UHGV virus genome: UHGV-1361754 | Length of the DNA stretch: 39,505 bases | Origin: a virus | Strand: one strand, 5' to 3' | Shown here: positions 34,255 to 39,505 of the stretch, in pieces | Numbering within the stretch: position 1 is the first letter of the stretch | How the letters are laid out: each line of letters starts with the position of its first letter | Translations under genes and position numbers: made by a program | The notes under the pieces: generated by a model | Database searches by the model: none | Told to the model about the DNA's origin: nothing | The model's input: the letters and a program-made list of their open reading frames with translations, nothing else

Positions 34255-34962
34255 ATGAAGAAAAATATTTTAGGTTCGGTTATAAAGGACGCAAGAAAAA
34301 AGAAAAAACTTACTCAAGAACAACTTAGTAAATTAACTGGCTACAGTCAAAATACTATATCTAACCATGAAAACGGAAACCGATCCCTAGATGAAGATAA
34401 TATCAAAACTTATGCAACGGCTTTGGATTTAACTCCGGACGATCTTTTTGAGGCGTTAGATATTAAAAATTCTCTAGAAAACAAAATGATGAGTATCGAT
34501 AAAAAACAAACTAAAATAGATAATTTATTAGATTTGTATAGCCAATTGGAAGAGTCTCGCCAAACAAAAGTCTACAACTTTGCGGAATATCAATTGAGAG
34601 AACAAAACAAACATCCGAAAACTACAATTGAAATTCGAGGTTATGTGTCCGCTGGAACAGGTGAATGGCTAGAAGATGAAATTGTGGACGAAGTAAGTTA
34701 TGAAGGCGTGATACCTGAACATGATTTCGCAGTTAAGGTAAACGGTGATTCAATGTTACCGCTTTTCGAAGATGGACAAGTTATCTTTATTAAAAGCACA
34801 TCAGATGTGCGTGATGGTCAGATAATCGTATGCCAAGTAAATAATGAAGCGTTTGTTAAAAAACTGTCAGGTAACAAGCTAGTGAGTTTAAATAAAAAGT
34901 ATGAGGATATATCAATCTGTGATACAGATGATTTTAAAATTTATGGCGTAGTCGTTTTATAA
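34255..34962 (+). CDS. CI-like repressor (XRE HTH + S24 LexA-like peptidase domain)
   Basis: N-terminal HTH_3 (KKLTQEQLSKLTGYSQNTISNHENG). C-terminal S24 motifs (VNGDSMLP, FVKKL). Start at ATG 34255, 6 nt after AGGAGGTG. Confidence 0.85.
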   Translation: MKKNILGSVIKDARKKKKLTQEQLSKLTGYSQNTISNHENGNRSLDEDNIKTYATALDLTPDDLFEALDIKNSLENKMMSIDKKQTKIDNLLDLYSQLEESRQTKVYNFAEYQLREQNKHPKTTIEIRGYVSAGTGEWLEDEIVDEVSYEGVIPEHDFAVKVNGDSMLPLFEDGQVIFIKSTSDVRDGQIIVCQVNNEAFVKKLSGNKLVSLNKKYEDISICDTDDFKIYGVVVL

Positions 34963-35060
34963 AAAAATACCCCATTCGAAGGTACAACTTCGGCTAGGGT
35001 AGATGAACTATATGGGATATGGCTAATCCCCGTAAAAGAAAATATTAAGGAGGATTAAAA

Positions 35061-35792
35061 ATGGGATTTTGGGATTCTGTTAAATCTGGAGCTAAAGATA
35101 TCGCCAGACAAACATCATTAGAAAACATGATACAAAATAATAAGGAATTATCTACAGATGAGGTAAAAGAATTCATTGAGTTTAGTAAAATGACTCCAGA
35201 CGAAGCTATTGCAAAGAAACCGGCTCGCTATTTCAAGTCTACTAATAGATACGGCGAAGTTGAAATTGATTCTGTTAAAAAATTATTTCGAGTTAAACTC
35301 AATGTCTATACATTCGATGAATTAAATAGCTATGAGCTTTTGGAAAACGGCAGCTCCGTTATGAGTGGTGGATTAGGAATTGGACGGGCTGTTGTCGGTG
35401 GCGTCCTTGCTGGCGGCGTCGGTGCTATTTTAGGAGGAGTTACAAAGAAAAAGAAACAAAGAAATCATGTTGACTCTTTGAAAATCATGGTTACATTTAA
35501 GAATAGAACTCCTCAGTCAGTAACTTTAGACTACATCAAGAAGAAACAAGAAAAAGACAAAAAATACGAAAAAGCGTTAATGAAGGCAAAAGAAACAATG
35601 GCCGGTTTTGATTATATTGTTTCTGAATTAGAAGTTGATAGGCATGATGAATTCGTCAGTTCTACAAATGTGCAAAAAGAACAACCGACTACTTCAGCAG
35701 ATGAGATTCGTAAATTTAAAGAGTTGCTTGACGAAGGAATTATTTCGCAAGAGGAATTCGATGCTAAGAAAAAAGAATTACTAAACCTATAA
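35061..35792 (+). CDS. Membrane protein with glycine-zipper TM segment and C-terminal SHOCT-like motif (candidate superinfection-exclusion / abortive-infection protein)
   Basis: GGLGIGRAVVGGVLAGGVGAILGG helix. C-terminal EIRKFKELLDEGIISQEEFDAKKKELL. Strong RBS AAGGAGG. Located between the repressor and integrase on the lysogeny strand. Confidence 0.6.
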   Translation: MGFWDSVKSGAKDIARQTSLENMIQNNKELSTDEVKEFIEFSKMTPDEAIAKKPARYFKSTNRYGEVEIDSVKKLFRVKLNVYTFDELNSYELLENGSSVMSGGLGIGRAVVGGVLAGGVGAILGGVTKKKKQRNHVDSLKIMVTFKNRTPQSVTLDYIKKKQEKDKKYEKALMKAKETMAGFDYIVSELEVDRHDEFVSSTNVQKEQPTTSADEIRKFKELLDEGIISQEEFDAKKKELLNL

Positions 35793-35872
35793 AATACGCA
35801 CGCCCTCTCCCCTACCAAGTTTGAGTGACGTGAGATATTAGACCTATATAGTAGGCTTCTTTATAGTACCTA

Positions 35873-37114
35873 TTGTATCAGAGAAAGCGAGCTGATTCAA
35901 TTATGTCAGAAGTAACAGGATACTTAGAGCAAGTAGACAATGAAACATATAGACTAAGAGCTGTATTAGGGTACAAACCTGATGGCTCGGCAAAAAGAAA
36001 AAGCAAAACTATAAAAGCAAGTAGTAAAAGAGCGGCATATAAAGAATTGAACATCTGGTTAGAGCAATTCGAAGGAATGACCGATGATTCGTTGGATTTA
36101 TTCAATATAACTTTTGGTGAATTTTATAGAAAAATATGGCTTTCAGAAGCCGAAAAAAATTTAGAGCCAAAATCTTATCATAACTATAAGCGAATGATCG
36201 AGAATAGATTTCTTGATAAATTTGATTTTATCCCTCTAATCGATATCAAACCATACATGATAAAGAAAATTGTTGTTAATGCTCAAAGAATCAATACAAA
36301 AGATCCTGGGAGAAACTCTGATAAACCTTTATCAAGAAATACAAAGCTTCGTATGTTATACGCCGTTAACAACTTATTTTTGATGGCTAAAAATGAGTAC
36401 GGAGCAATTAAAGAAAACCCTGTGGAAAATGTAAAAATACCAAAAGAAAAAGGCGTAAAAAAGAATATCGAAGAACCTTATTCGGAAGAAGAAATTCATG
36501 CAATGCTAAAAGCAGCATTTGAGGAAAGCATAGAAATTAAAACTTTAATTGTTCTAGCATTTATTACAGGAGCAAGACAAGGAGAAATTGCAGCTTTAGA
36601 AGAACAAGATATTGACTTTGATAAACAAGAAATAAGATTTCATCAGCGGATTTCAGAAGTAGATGGAAAATCAGATATTCGGTTGCTTCCAGGTTTGAAA
36701 AATGATGATGATGAAAAAATAGTAACCGGTCCTGCTTATCTATTTGATATGTTAGATGAATTAATCAAAGAGAATAAAAAAATTCGTTGGAAATTAAATA
36801 TAAAGAAATTAAAACACTATTTTATATTTGATACAAAACAAGACGGAACTTTGCCACGTGGAAGTTATCTGTATAAGAAGTTCAAACGATTCACCAAACG
36901 TCGCAATTTGCGTCACATTCGTTTTCACGACATTAGACATACATCAGCTACCTATTTGCTTAGTGACCCTAATATGACTCCAAAAGAGCTTCAAAAACGA
37001 TTGGGACACCGAGATTTTAATACTACAATGAATGTTTATGGCCATGTCTTACGCAAAGAAAAAGATACAGCAACTACAGCGTTTGAAAACCTATTAAAAA
37101 AAGATATAAAATAA
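35873..37114 (+). CDS. Tyrosine integrase (site-specific recombinase)
   Basis: C-terminal catalytic motifs (RFHDIRHTSATYLL, LGHRDFNTTMNVYGHV). Start may be the internal ATG 35903. Confidence 0.9.
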   Translation: MYQRKRADSIMSEVTGYLEQVDNETYRLRAVLGYKPDGSAKRKSKTIKASSKRAAYKELNIWLEQFEGMTDDSLDLFNITFGEFYRKIWLSEAEKNLEPKSYHNYKRMIENRFLDKFDFIPLIDIKPYMIKKIVVNAQRINTKDPGRNSDKPLSRNTKLRMLYAVNNLFLMAKNEYGAIKENPVENVKIPKEKGVKKNIEEPYSEEEIHAMLKAAFEESIEIKTLIVLAFITGARQGEIAALEEQDIDFDKQEIRFHQRISEVDGKSDIRLLPGLKNDDDEKIVTGPAYLFDMLDELIKENKKIRWKLNIKKLKHYFIFDTKQDGTLPRGSYLYKKFKRFTKRRNLRHIRFHDIRHTSATYLLSDPNMTPKELQKRLGHRDFNTTMNVYGHVLRKEKDTATTAFENLLKKDIK

Positions 37115-37129
37115 CACTAAAAAATTATA

Positions 37130-37189
37130 TTTTCGGGTATAAACTCGGGTAGGATATATAAAAACTTGGGATAATTTGCGGTATATAAG
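37130..37189. repeat. Arm-type direct repeats (TTCGGGTATAAACTCGGGTAGG and the degenerate copy CTTGGGATAATTTGCGGTATA), likely integrase arm-binding sites
   Basis: Half-site TYGSGGTAT occurs 4 times on the int-proximal side of the core. Confidence 0.45.
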
Positions 37190-37254
37190 CATGTAAAAAT
37201 GCTGTAAATTCGCTTATCTTCATTTAAAATACCATTAAATAACGAACTCTTAAT

Positions 37255-37290
37255 CAGCGGGTCGCGGGTTCGAGCCCCTCACGGCCCATT
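37255..37290 (+). other. att core: 3' fragment of a tRNA gene (T-arm GGTTCGAGCCC + 3' acceptor strand); the 5' half is absent
   Basis: GGGTCGCGGGTTCGAGCCCCTCACGGCCCA. No complementary 5' acceptor strand or D-arm upstream, so it is not an intact tRNA gene. Confidence 0.55.
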
Positions 37291-37303
37291 GGGTGCCAAA
37301 CCC

Positions 37304-37375
37304 ACGTCATCAGTACATTCTTGGCTACTTCGGTAGTTTCGAAAAGAATGTACGTGATGACATTTTTTGTTTTTC
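37304..37375 (+). terminator. Large hairpin plus T-run downstream of int and the att core
   Basis: ACGTCATCAGTACATTCTT ... AAGAATGTACGTGATGAC imperfect inverted repeat with an inner CTAC-UUCG-GTAG tetraloop hairpin, then ATTTTTTGTTTTT. Confidence 0.5.
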
Positions 37376-37395
37376 GGGTATGAAATTCGGGTATG
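37371..37395. repeat. Second set of arm-type repeats (TTTTCGGGTATGAAATTCGGGTATG) on the far side of the core
   Basis: Same TTCGGGTAT half-site as at 37130-37153. Having both arms present suggests an intact attP. Confidence 0.45.
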
Positions 37396-37569
37396 TATCT
37401 TAATATTTTATTTTTTAATAACATCCTAATCAGTCAATAAACCTGTAGATTATCACAGTATGTACTTCCCCTCCATTTTGAGGGGAGATATCATTGTAGA
37501 ATATTCAAATAAAAATTATTTAGCAACAAAATACTATTTTGTTAAAGAAATTTAAACTAAAAAATGCAT

Positions 37570-38262
37570 CTATTTTCCTGTATGTTCAGTCACGATTTCT
37601 TGTGATCTGTTTGCTGTGTCTTCTACATCGCTTTTGGCTTTTTCCAGTTTTTCAATATAATTATTCAAATTACTGTTTTCTGATTGCGCTTTTTCTAGTT
37701 TTTGTTCAGTACTTTGCAATTGGTTTTTAATAGTATTTTTTTCATTTGACAATTGATTAATTTGTTGATTTAAACTATTAACAGTATTTTGAGCATCATT
37801 AAATTTATTTTGTTCTGTTTGTAAACGATTATTCCAATCAGTGTTTAATTGATTTATTTCAGCTATTTTTTGATTTATTTCATCAATTTTAGCATTGATT
37901 TCATTTTGTTTACCTTGCAATTCAGCATTTTTTCCTGATAATTGATTCTCTAAATTTGTTTTCTCTATAGTTAATTGATTTTTATCATTTTCCAAAGTCA
38001 ACACTTTTTGTTTATATTCTTCAACGTTAGCCTTTGCTTGCTCAAGTTCTTGATTATTTGAAGATAATCGTGAATTTAAACTACTAATATTTTGCTCTTT
38101 ATTTTCTAGTGCTTTATCTAATGACTCCAAATTATGATTGATTTGTTCAATATTATCTTCTCCACCCCATAACAAAATGTCATCGGCAAAGTTTTTCCCT
38201 GCGATCCCTGCTAACACTAATCCACCTATAATTAATCCACTTACTACAATTTTCTTATTCAT
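37570..38262 (-). CDS. Membrane-anchored Q/N-rich coiled-coil protein (accessory, unknown function)
   Basis: Start at ATG 38262 (RBS AAGGAGA). N-terminal signal anchor MNKKIVVSGLIIGGLVLAGIAG, then about 200 aa of heptad-like Q/N/E/K-rich sequence. Confidence 0.55.
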   Translation of the reverse strand: MNKKIVVSGLIIGGLVLAGIAGKNFADDILLWGGEDNIEQINHNLESLDKALENKEQNISSLNSRLSSNNQELEQAKANVEEYKQKVLTLENDKNQLTIEKTNLENQLSGKNAELQGKQNEINAKIDEINQKIAEINQLNTDWNNRLQTEQNKFNDAQNTVNSLNQQINQLSNEKNTIKNQLQSTEQKLEKAQSENSNLNNYIEKLEKAKSDVEDTANRSQEIVTEHTGK

Positions 38263-38501
38263 ATCATCATTCTCCTTAACATAAACTGAACTAATTATAG
38301 TTAATGATTTCACAATAAGTCAATTTAAATATATATTTTTTTATTTTATTTTTATAAATCTTTTCCTTAATTCGAATAAAGTCAGATGTAACTGCATACA
38401 AACATTTGAGAGTATAAAATATTTTGTGTAAATAGAAAAAAGGAAGTCCCTTCTGTAGAATAAAGTTACCACACCCATTCACAGAAAAGAGGACTTCCCT
38501 A

Positions 38502-38672
38502 TGAACGATTTTATTACAGAACTCCTGCAGACTCTAGCCACCAAAGGTGATTTGAACGAGTTATTCCGCTCCCATCTGGAGCTGGCCGTAAACACGCTAC
38601 TGCGGACGGAGCTGACGGCCTTCCTGGATTACGAGAAGTACGACCGGACGGTTATGAGCCGTCTGCTCTGAC
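38502..38672 (+). pseudogene. Remnant of an IS256-family transposase (N-terminal 49 aa conserved, then truncated)
   Basis: MNDFITELLQTLATKGDLNELFRSHLELAVNTLLRTELTAFLDYEKYDR matches, from memory, the conserved N-terminus of IS256-family transposases. Stop after 56 aa. Local GC is far above the rest of the window. Confidence 0.5.
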
Positions 38673-38897
38673 CAACTGAGCTAAGGGTACAGGTTGTTGC
38701 CACATAAAGCCATAAACAATCAACCAGTAGAATGTGTGACAACAAACCTGTTATCGCATATCTTGGAGTGTGACTATTTATGAGTGATAATGAAGCTATG
38801 CGATAACATCACTATTTTATCGAATGATTTTTATAGTTGTCAATATAGTTATGTAATGCTCCTCAACGAGGAGCTTGTTAAAGAACAAAAGTTCCTA

Positions 38898-38938
38898 TTG
38901 TAAAACAAAATATATGCTAGGTATAATCTAGGTATAAT
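38898..38938 (+). promoter_or_regulatory. Promoter TTGTAA-18-TATAAT with a tandemly duplicated CTAGGTATAAT 11-mer (2 copies, 38917-38938)
   Basis: Immediately upstream of RBS AAAGGAG and GTG 38965. Confidence 0.4.
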
Positions 38939-38964
38939 TAAGAAAAAAGAAAGGAGTTGCTTTA

Positions 38965-39505
38965 GTGGACTCTAACAGTCAACATTCTGACGACAGCTCT
39001 TTACTTGTCACTGATAAGTACACACATGACTTAACGAGCGTCAAATCACATTTTTACAATAATAACTATACTCCCGACAATATAAAAAAAGTTTTTAATA
39101 AAAACTTTACTGTTGATCTGGACGATATAAAGCAACTTAATGCTTTAGTAGTTGAAAAATGTAAAATACACAAATCAGAGGGATTCTTAATTGATGTTAA
39201 TTTACGTTTTTCAAATCGCAAACAACTACATTTTGGTAGCTGGCTTGACTTTGAACGCTACACTTGGGACGATGAACCATCTACATTAATAAATATAACT
39301 TTGTCTTGGAATTTCAATGCAGTATTCGAAGGGATATCTACTCCTCAACCACAAAAGCTGATAGTTAAGCTTTCTAACGGTATGCGTCCAGAAGAAATGC
39401 TTAATATTATTTTTTCTGGAGACATAAACGAAGTTTCAGAATTAGAAAATAATTATTTTCCGGTTGTTGCCCAGGTTATTTTCACTAATAGGACTTTTGG
39501 AAATG
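38965..39505 (+). CDS. 3'-open CDS (at least 180 aa, AT-rich, soluble N-terminal domain) running off the window end. Possibly the N-terminal part of the membrane protein open at 3..485.
   Basis: GTG start 8 nt after AAAGGAG. No stop to the end of the window. Base 39505 is codon position 1 and joins bases 1-2 and the open frame from base 3 without a frame change. Confidence 0.5.
   Translation, partial: MDSNSQHSDDSSLLVTDKYTHDLTSVKSHFYNNNYTPDNIKKVFNKNFTVDLDDIKQLNALVVEKCKIHKSEGFLIDVNLRFSNRKQLHFGSWLDFERYTWDDEPSTLINITLSWNFNAVFEGISTPQPQKLIVKLSNGMRPEEMLNIIFSGDINEVSELENNYFPVVAQVIFTNRTFGN

Noticed and set aside
37200-37290. Possible complete tRNA gene next to the integrase
   Set aside because: Only the T-arm and 3' acceptor strand are recognisable. 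No complementary 5' acceptor strand, D-arm or anticodon stem is found in the preceding 60 nt, so it is an att core fragment.
38917-38938. Tandem CTAGGTATAAT repeat considered as a CRISPR-like or regulatory repeat array
   Set aside because: Only two 11-bp copies with no spacers. Interpreted as a duplicated -10 box within a promoter. No CRISPR arrays anywhere in the window.

Overview
The window reads as an essentially complete ~39.5 kb temperate siphovirus genome from a low-GC Gram-positive (Lactobacillales-like) host. Almost all genes lie on the minus strand. Reading that strand from high to low coordinates gives: Cro-like regulator and BRO-N/KilAC antirepressor (33-34 kb), HTH/Xis-like and Rha proteins (31-33 kb), a replication/recombination module with Erf/Rad52-like annealing protein, DUF968/HNH-like protein, DnaD-like organizer with internal iterons, DnaC/IstB loader, DUF1064, YopX and DUF1642 (24-31 kb), the ArpU late regulator (23.0-23.4 kb), HNH endonuclease plus a putative cos region (20.2-20.8 kb), an HK97-like head module (terS, terL, portal, prohead protease, major capsid; 14.9-20.2 kb), head-tail connectors, major tail protein, frameshifted G/GT chaperones, a 1455-aa tape measure with M23 + SLT lytic domains, Dit/Tal/baseplate/fibre genes (2.3-14.7 kb), and a lysis cassette of XhlA-like protein, holin and a signal-peptide amidase endolysin (0.68-2.16 kb). 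On the plus strand sit the cI-like S24 repressor, a SHOCT-domain membrane protein, a tyrosine integrase and an attP-like site containing a tRNA 3' fragment flanked by arm-type repeats (34.2-37.4 kb). Beyond attP is an accessory locus: a coiled-coil membrane protein, a GC-rich IS256-family transposase remnant, and a promoter-driven AT-rich membrane-protein gene that runs off the 3' end of the window. That gene is in frame with an ORF open from base 3 at the 5' end, so the record may be circular. Specific observations supported directly by the sequence are: two -1 programmed-frameshift sites (tail chaperone A_AAA_AAG, and a C_CCA_AAA site appending a Big_2 Ig-like domain to the major capsid protein), palindromic repressor operators embedded in divergent consensus promoters, a hairpin-rich candidate small RNA next to arpU, a 540-bp ORF-free region, and plus-strand morons with their own promoters and terminators. 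All protein calls rest on remembered motifs, not searches.
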